Part shown: in pieces, positions 1 through 9,041 of the stretch
Layout of the letters: every line of letters begins with the position of its first letter
Numbering within the stretch: position 1 is the stretch's first letter
Virus record (IMG/VR): IMGVR_UViG_3300011334_000158
Coordinates: 1-63,263 of that record
Source of the DNA: a virus
Taxonomy: Duplodnaviria; Caudoviricetes
DNA length: 63,263 bases
Direction: 5' to 3' (one strand)
Notes under the pieces: generated by a model
Seen by the model: the letters and a program-made list of their open reading frames with translations, nothing else
What the model was told of the DNA's origin: nothing
Database searches by the model: none
Program-made: the position numbers and the translations under genes

Positions 1-127
1 TTAGATTTCTGGTTCATAGCACGAGCAATATTGCGTCCATATTTTTTCATGGATTCGCTAGTAACACCACCCTTTGCCATGCCTTTGTGCATACGCTTTT
101 CGTGGGCTTTTACTTCTTTGTCAGCAA
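1..127. repeat. Terminal direct repeat, copy 1 (matches 63137-63263); circular-assembly overlap
   Basis: ttagatttctggttc...tctttgtcagcaa is present at both ends; a 127-nt overlap is typical of an assembler k-mer. Confidence 0.95.
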
Positions 128-152
128 TCTGCTTGACCTGCTTTGTGTCCAT
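1..152 (-). CDS. Small basic protein spanning the circular junction (ATG at 152, continues 63136..63121; 55 aa MDTKQVKQ...GMAKGG...SNGRGR)
   Basis: Translated by hand; SD TAGGAG upstream; frame stays open across the join; stop overlaps the next gene (TAATG); not in the ORF track. Confidence 0.8.
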   Translation of the reverse strand, partial: MDTKQVKQIADKEVKAHEKRMHKGMAKGGVTSESMKKYGRNIARAMNQKS

Positions 153-161
153 CTTGTACTC

Positions 162-584
162 CTAGTTTATGGTTACGTTTGAAACTGACGTACTAGCTAT
201 CAAGTTGTTCGGGGTCAGTCCACTATCAATGCTTCTTGCGCCACCTACTGGGTTCCAACTCCACTGAATTACTCGGCTACCACCACTAGGATAACCATTT
301 TCACTCACCAATGGACCAGATTGTATGTCCGTCTGTAAACCTGAATATCCAGATTGCCAGTAAGAAACATCAGGCCGTGGTTCACGTACTGCTTGCGCAT
401 CGTTCACGGGGTAGAGACCTAAACTAAGTTGTGGTTGGTCTGGTTCCCAGCAGGTACGGCACACTTTAATATTTACATTCTTCGTTTTAATCGTTAGTTT
501 TTTTAGCTCCTTAAGTAAATAACGAAAGCCGCACCTATCGCACTCAGCAATAGACTTTTTTCCGGCTGTATATTTACTCGGCAT
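162..584 (-). CDS. Conserved phage protein with CxxC...CxxC Zn-ribbon
   Basis: ECDRCGFRY and VCRTCWEPDQPQ motifs; lies in the morphogenesis operon. Confidence 0.75.
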   Translation of the reverse strand: MPSKYTAGKKSIAECDRCGFRYLLKELKKLTIKTKNVNIKVCRTCWEPDQPQLSLGLYPVNDAQAVREPRPDVSYWQSGYSGLQTDIQSGPLVSENGYPSGGSRVIQWSWNPVGGARSIDSGLTPNNLIASTSVSNVTIN

Positions 585-1077
585 AACGATTATTCTTTAA
601 TCTGTTCTCTGTTGCTAATATTACCTGCAAATTTTCTGGTACATGCAATCCAGAAACATTCTTTCCTCTAAGTGGAACAACATGATCCACTTCATAATTT
701 AACCCTGTGCGCTTCAAAGCATCCCTGTACAAATACACACAACCAATTTCAAACCAGTGGGCTTTATTTAACCATGCTGGGGTTGCTTGTAACTTAACTG
801 CGCGATACTTGGCTTTATTTGCCAACACCCTAGCAGCATGTTTTTGCCTAGTTTTTTTAGACGATTCAGCAGCTTTTTCTGGGTTTCTATTGCGCCATGC
901 TTGTACTTTTGCAACCGCTTTCTCTGGGTACTTCTTTGCGTATCTTTTGCTTTGTTCAGCCCATTTCTCAGGGTTTGCTGCGCGCCACTCTTTAATCTTT
1001 TCGTATGCTTTTTCCCTATTACGCTGGGCGTAAGATTTTTGGTACGCCTTTCTAGCCTCTGGGTCTTTGTGTGGCAT
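574..1077 (-). CDS. HNH homing endonuclease
   Basis: C-terminal VDHVVPLRG..VSGLHVPENLQ...EN..K.N HNH motif; basic helical repeats at the N-terminus. Confidence 0.85.
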   Translation of the reverse strand: MPHKDPEARKAYQKSYAQRNREKAYEKIKEWRAANPEKWAEQSKRYAKKYPEKAVAKVQAWRNRNPEKAAESSKKTRQKHAARVLANKAKYRAVKLQATPAWLNKAHWFEIGCVYLYRDALKRTGLNYEVDHVVPLRGKNVSGLHVPENLQVILATENRLKNNRYAE

Positions 1078-1080
1078 ACA

Positions 1081-1821
1081 TCACCTGTAAGTAATCATGC
1101 GAGGCACCAAACGATCTGGCGCTTTCTCGCGGTCTTCTCCTGCCGCCATTTCCCATGCCTCATCGTACTGAGCTTTTAGTAGCTGTATGCGCTCTAATCC
1201 GCCAGGTAGCTTCATAGCCAGCCTGTATGCTAGGCCGCAAATTAAACACTCTTGGAAACGGAATGGAATATCTTCTACATTCACACCGTTACCAGCATCA
1301 AACATACGGCGCAGGCGATAGTAAACAAAGTAATAGAACGGGGCGCTTACCGTACCCTGATCTGGCGTAGGCCATACAGTAATCTGCGGAACTTTTTGTG
1401 TAGCACCTACAGCATCCGATGTTTGACCAGAACGGCGATTTACCCACACCTGAATCGGGCGGCCTTGCGTCAACTTATTCGGTATCGTTGAATACGTAGA
1501 TACGCTTATGCGATTGATGTTGATATCGATTTGGTTCGCTTGGGAGCCTGGGTAATTACGAATAACATGCTCCAACAGATCAACAGTATCGTCAGGAAGG
1601 TCATACGTATTTACCCCTTGTATTAATGGAATAGTGCCAGTATCAATAGTCCATAAGTTGATGCCGCGATTAGCCCACTCTGTCAGCAACAAATTAAGAC
1701 TGCGGCGAGCTGTGCGGAAGTCGTAACCAGTACGTAACTCCAAACCCACGCGCTCAAACGCCTCCTCCACAATATCATTGAGAGTAGGATTAAACGCTGT
1801 GGTACTGGTTGTGTATGGCAT
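1081..1821 (-). CDS. Head-to-tail adaptor / tail tubular protein A-like
   Basis: DIVEEAFER..ARRSLN..EWANRG and VWPTPD..IPFRF..LAY.LA patterns typical of podoviral adaptors; position. Confidence 0.65.
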   Translation of the reverse strand: MPYTTSTTAFNPTLNDIVEEAFERVGLELRTGYDFRTARRSLNLLLTEWANRGINLWTIDTGTIPLIQGVNTYDLPDDTVDLLEHVIRNYPGSQANQIDININRISVSTYSTIPNKLTQGRPIQVWVNRRSGQTSDAVGATQKVPQITVWPTPDQGTVSAPFYYFVYYRLRRMFDAGNGVNVEDIPFRFQECLICGLAYRLAMKLPGGLERIQLLKAQYDEAWEMAAGEDREKAPDRLVPRMITYR

Positions 1822-2087
1822 TATTTCTTCCTAGCTGCGCGCATGTTATCAACCAAATTTGGATAAGGTCTGCCTGCTGCTTTAGCCATAGCTTTCGCAG
1901 AGGCTTTCTTTACCGCAGATAACACAGACGGTTTACCCAATTCCTTCGGACGCGGCTTATCCCACACAGGTTTTACTTTCCCTCCCTTCTTATACTGGGT
2001 GAAGTCTGTATCGTCCCTGCGGGCTTTCTTAGCGCCCTTAGGCATTTTAGAAGGGGCTACGTCACCCATGCCGCGTGAAGGTCTCAT
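1821..2087 (-). CDS. Small basic protein (YKKGG motif)
   Basis: Translationally coupled ORF; Lys/Arg-rich; AGRPYPNLVDN C-terminus. Confidence 0.7.
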   Translation of the reverse strand: MRPSRGMGDVAPSKMPKGAKKARRDDTDFTQYKKGGKVKPVWDKPRPKELGKPSVLSAVKKASAKAMAKAAGRPYPNLVDNMRAARKK

Positions 2088-2088
2088 A

Positions 2089-2508
2089 TCAGCAATACCC
2101 GCCTTTTTTCATCTTAGACATGCCGCCTTTATTCATACCTTTAGCGCCACCCATGATGCCTACAGTCTTACCTGAGTCACCAAGGTTCTTGCCTTTTGTT
2201 TTGCCCTTCTGAGCTACGCCATCACGGCTAGGAGCAGCAGTTTTAACAGCGCCCATTTTAGACGCAGCCATGCCGCCTTTTTTCATACCAGCTTCAGCCA
2301 TCTCATGTTTCATCATGGATTTAGGAGCGCCTTTAGCTTTCATGAACGATACTTCCTTTTTAACCATCTTCTTTGACTCAGCCATACCGCCTCCAGATTT
2401 AGTAAATTCTTTACCCACGGATTGTGGAACACCAGTCTTCTTTGCAAATGCAGGATTGTGGGCAACTGCCTGCATAAACCGTTCTTGCTTTTTAGATACA
2501 GCAGGCAT
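2089..2508 (-). CDS. Small basic protein (MKKGG repeats, RDGVAQKGKTKG)
   Basis: Coupled ORF; motifs shared with neighbouring genes. Confidence 0.75.
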   Translation of the reverse strand: MPAVSKKQERFMQAVAHNPAFAKKTGVPQSVGKEFTKSGGGMAESKKMVKKEVSFMKAKGAPKSMMKHEMAEAGMKKGGMAASKMGAVKTAAPSRDGVAQKGKTKGKNLGDSGKTVGIMGGAKGMNKGGMSKMKKGGYC

Positions 2509-3020
2509 TACACAAACCTACCTTTTGTCTTGCCACGTTGGGCAATACCATCTCCACGACTAGAGGCGGATGAAGATTTGACTTTACCGCCTTTTTTCAT
2601 GTATTGAGGTGGATTAGGATTTACTGGCACAGGCATATTACTAGCTTTAGGTTCATAAGCTATCCCATAATTAGGCTTGTCTGGTGCCATAGGACCGGGG
2701 TTTACCGTTTTAATTTTTCCCAATAGTGCTGCGGCAGCTGCCTGATCAGCCATATACTTTTGCTCGGGCGTAAATCCAGAACCGGGTATAGTTGTTGGCG
2801 GCATAGGCATAGGCTTAGGCGGCGCTGGATAGGTTGGTTTTAGTGGCATTGGCGGCATAGGCTTTGGCGGCATAGGCGGCGTAGGCTTTACCGGCGTAGG
2901 CTTTACCGGCTTAGGCGGCATAGGCTTAGGCGGCATAGGCGTAGGCATAGGCTTAGGCTCTGGCTGCATAGGCTTTGTCTGAAGCTGAGATATAGTTGGG
3001 TCTAGTGGCCCGTATTTCAT
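2508..3020 (-). CDS. Pro-rich protein with basic MKKGG...RGDGIAQRGKTKGR tail
   Basis: PKPMPP/KPTPV tandem repeats; shared C-terminal cassette. Confidence 0.75.
   Translation of the reverse strand: MKYGPLDPTISQLQTKPMQPEPKPMPTPMPPKPMPPKPVKPTPVKPTPPMPPKPMPPMPLKPTYPAPPKPMPMPPTTIPGSGFTPEQKYMADQAAAAALLGKIKTVNPGPMAPDKPNYGIAYEPKASNMPVPVNPNPPQYMKKGGKVKSSSASSRGDGIAQRGKTKGRFV
2800..2972. repeat. Coding tandem repeats (ggcataggc/ttaggc units) encoding PKPMP
   Basis: Visible in the sequence. Confidence 0.8.
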
Positions 3021-3022
3021 AA

Positions 3023-3283
3023 TTAAGCCCTTGTCTTTCCGCGAATGGCACAGCCGTCCGCACGTTTAGAGGCAGACGATACTTTGCCGCCTTTCTTAAA
3101 AGATTGCTGCATAGACTGCTGCTGCTGATCAGGCGCTCCAGCCGTAGCCTGCGGTTGAATATTAAACGTCTGATTCGTTCCGCCATTAGCTCCACCAGCT
3201 TGGGGCTGATTGCCATAAAAAGGATAAGTAGGCTGCTGCGTTTGATCTACTGATCCGCCGTCTGCGTATTTAGTCTTAGCCAT
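3023..3283 (-). CDS. Small Gln-rich protein (YADGG, FKKGG, RADGCAIRGKTR)
   Basis: Coupled ORF; shared motifs. Confidence 0.75.
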   Translation of the reverse strand: MAKTKYADGGSVDQTQQPTYPFYGNQPQAGGANGGTNQTFNIQPQATAGAPDQQQQSMQQSFKKGGKVSSASKRADGCAIRGKTRA

Positions 3284-4047
3284 TAACAGATCCTGCCTTT
3301 CGTTTTACCGCGCTGGGCTATGCCGTCACCACGGGAGGAGGCACTGCCACCGGAAGCCATTTTTTTAACAGCTCCGCCTTTTTTCATGCCGTAAACACCT
3401 TCATTTGTTTTTTGAAACATACCAGCGGCGCGACGACGAGTAGCGTCTAAATTTTCGCTATCACTCGATGTTTTATCTGTTTCTTTTTTCCCGCCTCCCA
3501 ACATTTTTGACCAATCGGAAAGAGATTTACCTTTTTCGTAAGGCGTTAATCCTTGCCCATATATTTTTTTATCTTGCTTTGTATCAATTTTAAAATCACC
3601 TTGGCTACCAATTTTTGCGCCAGTGTCTTCATATTTTTTCTTAACAACTATTTTTTTCTTTACTGCCGGAATTTTTTCTTCATTATCATTGCGCTCAAAC
3701 TTTGATTCGCTAGACTTAAATCCAGAAGCAATACCTTTAGGTGATTCTTTCTCAGTATCTTCTTTATTTGTATCTTCTTTGATTGACTCAGAAATGTATT
3801 CTTTAGGGCCAGAGAATGGAGATACCGCACTAGCGCGCTTACCCATAGTTGCGTAATCATCTACGCCACTAGACGTTGGGCGATCTTCTTTTGATGAAGA
3901 ACTGCTTTTTGTCTTTGGCATATATTTACCGTAGCCGCCAAATTTACTATCTTCATCAAATTCAGCATCGCTACGAGTACGTAAATTAGTGCTTCCTTTA
4001 ACTAAGCTGCCCTCATCACCAGCATATTTTTTAACTTTGCGTTTCAT
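3283..4047 (-). CDS. Lys/Ser-rich low-complexity protein with MKKGG, MASGG and RGDGIAQRGKTKGR tail
   Basis: ORF with SD; shared C-terminal cassette. Confidence 0.75.
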   Translation of the reverse strand: MKRKVKKYAGDEGSLVKGSTNLRTRSDAEFDEDSKFGGYGKYMPKTKSSSSSKEDRPTSSGVDDYATMGKRASAVSPFSGPKEYISESIKEDTNKEDTEKESPKGIASGFKSSESKFERNDNEEKIPAVKKKIVVKKKYEDTGAKIGSQGDFKIDTKQDKKIYGQGLTPYEKGKSLSDWSKMLGGGKKETDKTSSDSENLDATRRRAAGMFQKTNEGVYGMKKGGAVKKMASGGSASSRGDGIAQRGKTKGRIC

Positions 4048-4050
4048 AAT

Positions 4051-4299
4051 TTATCCTTTTTGCGCAAGAAGCTGGTCAATGCGCGCCTCAAGCTTGTCAA
4101 AACGTTGATCAATGTGGTCTGTAATCCGCTCAACTTCTGCATTAGTGACGTTATCACGGGCAATCTCCTCACGAGTCTTGTTCAACAAGATCGTAATACG
4201 CGCTAGTTCAGCAAACTTTTCGTGTGCTATATAAGCAAAAAGCCCAGTAAATAGACTTAACACAGTCATCCACAGGCCATTCATATCTAACATTTCCAT
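4051..4299 (-). CDS. Small membrane-anchored coiled-coil protein
   Basis: N-terminal hydrophobic helix followed by a heptad-like region. Confidence 0.65.
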   Translation of the reverse strand: MEMLDMNGLWMTVLSLFTGLFAYIAHEKFAELARITILLNKTREEIARDNVTNAEVERITDHIDQRFDKLEARIDQLLAQKG

Positions 4300-4540
4300 T
4301 TCCTCAAGGACTTATTAATACGGCTATCAGGATCTTTTGCCGTCTTTGGGGATGTTAACTTCTTCTTCGCCCCCTCCATCCGCGCACAGAATGATTTCTT
4401 CCGTGATCCACCTTCTGGTTGAGGGGCTTTCAAACCTGGCTTCCCCGGATTGGCTGCGTTGTAAGACGCCCGTCCTTTGGCGTTTAATCCGCCCGACGGA
4501 GCTTTGCCTTCTTTCCTTGTCCACGCCGGAGACTTAGCCA
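4287..4540 (-). CDS. Small basic protein (DUF6321-like); probable start MAKSPAW at about 4540
   Basis: GGLNAKGRA..RKKSFCARM..SRINKSLRKWKC motif. Confidence 0.7.
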
Positions 4541-4815
4541 TAGAAAATAGTGACGCTTGCAAGGTTAGTAAGAGTTGCAACAATATTTGCTGAACACAAA
4601 ATACCCTCGCCAGGAATAATCACATTAAATGAATTTGGATTAGAGTTAGCAGGTACATCTAACTCCAACACATTAGTAGTCCCATTATTTATAATAAGCC
4701 TACCACTAACGCTTGCGTTAGCGCACATAACCGCACTCTTAACTCTGGCGCGTCCTTCAAAGACTACGCCAGAAGTGTTTAAGTGCGTTGACTTAACGTC
4801 TGTTTGCATGGTCAT
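4534..4815 (-). CDS. Putative virion structural protein
   Basis: Beta-rich small ORF downstream of the capsid gene, ending TIFYG. Confidence 0.65.
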   Translation of the reverse strand: MTMQTDVKSTHLNTSGVVFEGRARVKSAVMCANASVSGRLIINNGTTNVLELDVPANSNPNSFNVIIPGEGILCSANIVATLTNLASVTIFYG

Positions 4816-4827
4816 AATGACCCCCTA

Positions 4828-5307
4828 TTAGACGTTCTGTTGACCAAACAAATAGTCAGTAACGTAGTAAGTAATGAAGCCACCAACAGAGCCATTACCG
4901 CCACTGCCTTGACCTTGCTCAATAGTTACAACTGAATTTACTGAAGCATTAGCTACGGTGCCAAGACCTGCGCCTGCGCCGGTAGCTCCAAGATCAATAG
5001 TGCGAGCTGTAGTAGCAGTTGAGTTGGCTACGTAAAAAGAAGAATTGGAAATACCGCCAGTAATGGTTGTATAACCAACATTAATAGTTCCAGATGTAAT
5101 CGGGCTAGTAATAGTCACGGACATAACAACAGCGTTAGCCGGAAGAATTACTTGAGCTGTTTGACCGGAAGCTACTACTGCATTGCTAGTAGACGCAACG
5201 TTGGCATCGTAGAAACCAGCAACCATGACGCCGGAGCCACAATAGGCTTGACGGGTCGTGTCGCCGCCGCCAGAACGCCAAATACTTTGGGTGGTAGAAA
5301 TAGGCAT
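4828..5307 (-). CDS. Putative capsid decoration / virion protein
   Basis: G/T/S/V-rich, ILPANAVV motif; follows the major capsid gene. Confidence 0.6.
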   Translation of the reverse strand: MPISTTQSIWRSGGGDTTRQAYCGSGVMVAGFYDANVASTSNAVVASGQTAQVILPANAVVMSVTITSPITSGTINVGYTTITGGISNSSFYVANSTATTARTIDLGATGAGAGLGTVANASVNSVVTIEQGQGSGGNGSVGGFITYYVTDYLFGQQNV

Positions 5308-5418
5308 TTTAAATTTTCCCTCATGCGGTTAGGTGTTGGCAGTCTGCATGAAGTCAGCCGGGACTGTCTGCCACACCGGGTATTCCCGGAATTTGAATCT
5401 TTATAGCATAAATCTATT

Positions 5419-5446
5419 GAAAAAGGGGACTTTCATCCCCTTTTTC
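5419..5446 (-). terminator. Rho-independent terminator after the major capsid gene (possibly bidirectional)
   Basis: aaaaaagggga-ctttca-tcccctttttt inverted repeat. Confidence 0.75.
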
Positions 5447-5456
5447 TATCGCCTAA

Positions 5457-6365
5457 TTAAGCGCCTTGCGAACCGAACATACCCAGTGGGTCTGACCAGC
5501 CAAAAGAATAACGCTCACGAGACTTATAACGCACGTTACCAGTATCGAAGTCACCGTCCATCGAATTCGACAAAGGTGTACGAACAAAATGCTTCATGCC
5601 GTTTGGAACGTCGGTAGTCAAATACCAGCCGTTGTTGTCGGTCAAGAAGTGGTTGATCGTATAGCCTTCTGGAATCGAACCATTGTTCTTCAATGCGTTG
5701 ATATCGTTATCGTTAGTTCCAACACGGAGGCTGGTTTCTAACAGACGAGTAGCAACGAACTGAAGAGCTGATGGAACAATCAGCTTACGTGGTTTAGCAG
5801 CGATCAACAGATCACGTTCGTCAGTCCAAGCTGCGATCTGAATAACTGCGTTTTCCAACGAAGTTTCATTCAGGTCAGATTGGGTTGCTGGCGTGTTGCT
5901 GTTAGTGCCGCCCGAGACCAAAGGATGCGCTGTAGAAAACAGGGCAACGCCATCGCCACCTGGATAGGTGTTGGAGAAGCCATTGTTAATAACAGCAGCA
6001 GCTTTAACCTGCTTGGTATAAGCCATAGCACGAGCCAAGCCCTTGGTGTAACGAGCCGACAAAGAGTCGTACAAGTTATCCTCGATGGCCTCTTCGGTCA
6101 GCGAGAAACCAAGTGCAATAGTTTCGTGGTTGTATCGTGCAGTCCAAGCTTCTTGACCGTTGTCATAACGAATGGCACTGCCCTCGTTTTTGACTGGCGC
6201 GGCTGAGAAACCAGACAGTTTTGTTTCTTCTTCAAACGAACGCTCGGAGGTCTCTGTTTCGTAGATCTCTTTGTGTTCTTCGCCGTAACGAGCATACTCC
6301 AAACCGAACAAAGCGTTCAGGCCAGGCAGCAGCTCTTTCAGTAGTTGTGCGCGTGAAATAGCCAT
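5457..6365 (-). CDS. Major capsid protein (HK97 fold inferred)
   Basis: MAISRAQLLKELLPGLNALFG..DGVALFSTAHP..DFDTGNVRYKSRERYSFG pattern; downstream of portal and scaffold. Confidence 0.9.
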   Translation of the reverse strand: MAISRAQLLKELLPGLNALFGLEYARYGEEHKEIYETETSERSFEEETKLSGFSAAPVKNEGSAIRYDNGQEAWTARYNHETIALGFSLTEEAIEDNLYDSLSARYTKGLARAMAYTKQVKAAAVINNGFSNTYPGGDGVALFSTAHPLVSGGTNSNTPATQSDLNETSLENAVIQIAAWTDERDLLIAAKPRKLIVPSALQFVATRLLETSLRVGTNDNDINALKNNGSIPEGYTINHFLTDNNGWYLTTDVPNGMKHFVRTPLSNSMDGDFDTGNVRYKSRERYSFGWSDPLGMFGSQGA

Positions 6366-6375
6366 GTCTTACTCC

Positions 6376-7032
6376 TTAAACGCCAGTCGGGTTGAGGTAC
6401 TGATGCCCGCCGGTAACGGTTGACGTAACAACGTTCGTAGCATTAGTAAATGTCGAAACGATGTACGGTGCATTAAACTTACAGATAAATTCGCAATAAC
6501 CGTTTGAGCTGTTGCCAGTATCTGGCACAAAATCAACGATACGAATTGGGAATGAAGCTGTAGTTGCTGTGTTGCCACCAAAAATACCAACGGCTGAATC
6601 GCCTGTGTTGTTTGATCCAGCGTTCTGAACTAGAACTGCATTCTCACCAACGATAGCTGGGCCGTAAAAAGCTACGGTAGTACCGCTAGATACAGTTGCT
6701 ACTTTAAACAAAACATCAGGATCATCAGCAACATACGCTTGCGCGTCAGAAGCTGTGGTACCAGCAGGCCAGTTCTGGAAGAACAGTTTCTGCTTAGTGC
6801 TTGGGTTAGTGTAAGTACAGCCCATAAAAATACCAACAGGCGTAGCTGTGCTAGTGCCGGTATCTTTCTGAATTGTGCCGTCTGATGCGCGCTTTACTAC
6901 ATCGCCAAAGAAGATGTCAGTGCCGTAACCACTAGCAATAGGCATCAGGCGAGTAGAACCGGCGAACACCTGTCCACCGATCAAATTGACCGGTAGCAAG
7001 CCATAAGGCTTGGATACAGTTGGATATGCCAT
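6376..7032 (-). CDS. Capsid cement / decoration protein (putative)
   Basis: Beta-rich protein directly upstream of the major capsid gene. Confidence 0.65.
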   Translation of the reverse strand: MAYPTVSKPYGLLPVNLIGGQVFAGSTRLMPIASGYGTDIFFGDVVKRASDGTIQKDTGTSTATPVGIFMGCTYTNPSTKQKLFFQNWPAGTTASDAQAYVADDPDVLFKVATVSSGTTVAFYGPAIVGENAVLVQNAGSNNTGDSAVGIFGGNTATTASFPIRIVDFVPDTGNSSNGYCEFICKFNAPYIVSTFTNATNVVTSTVTGGHQYLNPTGV

Positions 7033-7052
7033 TGTTTACTCCAAAAAATTAA

Positions 7053-7496
7053 CTAGCCACTTTTAGAGGTCGAAGATTTCGACTCTTTAAATAGCGGCAT
7101 ACGAGGGTCGTTTTGTCGCATTAAATTGTTATCTACAGACTTGATCTGATCTTCAGATTGCTTGAGATAGTGGTTGTTACGCTGATCCACAAACTCTAGC
7201 GGGGTCTTGCAAAGTAACAATCCGCCGACTTCGATGCCATCCTTAAAACGGCTACCTTCATCGACTAGCAGTTGAAATTGTGGCTGCTCTTCAATCTTGA
7301 CTGGCTCCCAACCTTCTCTGAGTTTGGCAGAGTAGTTACGTGGGTCGGCAGTTCCTTGAAGCGCAACACGAATCCATCTATACGCATATCCTGGGAGCTT
7401 ATCTGGTTCTGGCAGAAGCTCTGCGGGTTTCCACTGCTTAGGGCGTTCCGCTTGGACGCGAGTTTCAATATTTCGGGGTGTTCTATTCTCAGCCAT
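7053..7496 (-). CDS. Conserved head-module protein
   Basis: YRWIR..LREGWEPV..GGLLLCK motif; position. Confidence 0.7.
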   Translation of the reverse strand: MAENRTPRNIETRVQAERPKQWKPAELLPEPDKLPGYAYRWIRVALQGTADPRNYSAKLREGWEPVKIEEQPQFQLLVDEGSRFKDGIEVGGLLLCKTPLEFVDQRNNHYLKQSEDQIKSVDNNLMRQNDPRMPLFKESKSSTSKSG

Positions 7497-8439
7497 TTGA
7501 AGCCTCCAATTTCATCATTTCTCTGACGTACTGCTCCGGTGTTAATCCTAATTTCTTGGCAATCAGGACTTGCGACTGTTTCAACCTCACCTTTTTTGAC
7601 GGTGTGCTGCGATCAGCGGAGGCTACGACAGATGCAGGTCTAGTAGGTCGTTGCGATTTTTGTGTCGCTTCTTCCCCATCCCCATCCCCAAAATGCTCTG
7701 GGAATCGACGTTTCATCGTATCGTCGACTTTCTTCCAATACTCATCTGTGGACGGATATGACGTCCCATATTGAGCGACTAGCTTCTGATGTAATCCCAG
7801 CGCCAGGCTAGTCATCTCCTCATCCTTACCAAACCATTCATTGCGCTCTTGCCACGCAATCGCACGTTGGTCAGGGCGAGGAGCTGGATTTGTTGCGGGT
7901 TGTACATCAACTTCTTCCGGTTGTCTAGACGGAACAAACTCATTTGCTTTCTGAAGTTTGAACTGAGCCTGATTTAACTTCTCTTGTGCTTCCAGCAAAC
8001 GGTCAGAATCGCCTTGGTCATAGGCGTCCTTATAATCCCGTTTGGCGTTGTCTAGCTCCATCTCTACCGCAGATTTGTAGGTATTAATGAAGTGCTGTTC
8101 ACCCGTAGATAACCGTCCTTTTAACGCACGGTTCTCTTCCATTACCTGTTTGGCATAAGCGATAGCTTCTTGTTGTTCACGAAGAGCTGCGTCTTTCTCC
8201 CGACGCTCGTCATTCCAAACTTTTTTAAGCTGCTTTATCCGTTCCTTAACTCCGTCGCTATAGTCTTCAAGTTCATCTTCTTCAAGATCTTTGACCATCT
8301 CTTTGGGTAAAGGCTGTCGGTTTCGATCCTCTGGTGGAGTATCGTCCTCAATCTCTATCTCAAAATTATCCGTCTCGGCAGACGTTTCCTTTTCATCGGG
8401 AAATTTAAAATCATCCGAATCCATTTTGTTTGTAGCCAT
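7489..8439 (-). CDS. Capsid scaffolding protein (putative)
   Basis: Acidic coiled coil; C-terminal IAKKLGLTPEQY; between portal and capsid genes. Confidence 0.7.
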   Translation of the reverse strand: MATNKMDSDDFKFPDEKETSAETDNFEIEIEDDTPPEDRNRQPLPKEMVKDLEEDELEDYSDGVKERIKQLKKVWNDERREKDAALREQQEAIAYAKQVMEENRALKGRLSTGEQHFINTYKSAVEMELDNAKRDYKDAYDQGDSDRLLEAQEKLNQAQFKLQKANEFVPSRQPEEVDVQPATNPAPRPDQRAIAWQERNEWFGKDEEMTSLALGLHQKLVAQYGTSYPSTDEYWKKVDDTMKRRFPEHFGDGDGEEATQKSQRPTRPASVVASADRSTPSKKVRLKQSQVLIAKKLGLTPEQYVREMMKLEASNG

Positions 8440-8453
8440 TTGTTTCTCCTTTA

Positions 8454-8885
8454 TTAAGCCCTAGATATTCCACGAGGATCATCCACAACCGCTTCCACGC
8501 AATCATCATTTATCAGGCGGAATTCACGACCATGTATCTTTAAGCGGGTGCCAGTATTAGGACGGGCGAGAATAAAATCCCCTTCCTTACACCATGGGCC
8601 ATTTGGGAACCGTTTTGCGTCTTTGTAGCAATCTGGACCCATCTTGATTACGAAAAATACGGTAGCCAGAATCTGTTCGTGATTCATGGTTTGGTCTGCT
8701 TTTAACAGGCCGCTTTCGAATTTTTCCTCTTTGTCCGGCAGTCCTACTAGGATGTGATACCCAGTTGGATCCGGTAATTGTTTCGCTTTCTCCTCTGCTG
8801 TTTGTGGCAGAGTTGATACCTCGCCGTCTTCGGTGGCGATTGCGATTTCACTCATCAGATAACTCCATAGTTTTTGCAAGGTCAA
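8454..8885 (-). CDS. groES: GroES-like co-chaperonin
   Basis: PTGYHILV..SGLL..MGPDCY..KEGDFIL..GREFRLINDDCVEAVV Cpn10 pattern. Confidence 0.8.
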   Translation of the reverse strand: MTLQKLWSYLMSEIAIATEDGEVSTLPQTAEEKAKQLPDPTGYHILVGLPDKEEKFESGLLKADQTMNHEQILATVFFVIKMGPDCYKDAKRFPNGPWCKEGDFILARPNTGTRLKIHGREFRLINDDCVEAVVDDPRGISRA

Positions 8886-9039
8886 GAATAAAACCCTCCG
8901 CTATCGAGAGACCCCGAATCTCGCCGCAGAGTTTTTGATAATCAGAATAGTCTTTGGCAGCATTGTTTGAGACGGCCTCGACTATCTGCTGACGCTTATC
9001 TCTCACTTGTTGAATGAGAATTTCAAACGCCTTATCCAT
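8848..9039 (-). CDS. Small conserved protein after the portal gene
   Basis: Y..LCGEIRGL motif; coupled ORF. Confidence 0.7.
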   Translation of the reverse strand: MDKAFEILIQQVRDKRQQIVEAVSNNAAKDYSDYQKLCGEIRGLSIAEGFILDLAKTMELSDE

Positions 9040-9041
9040 GA

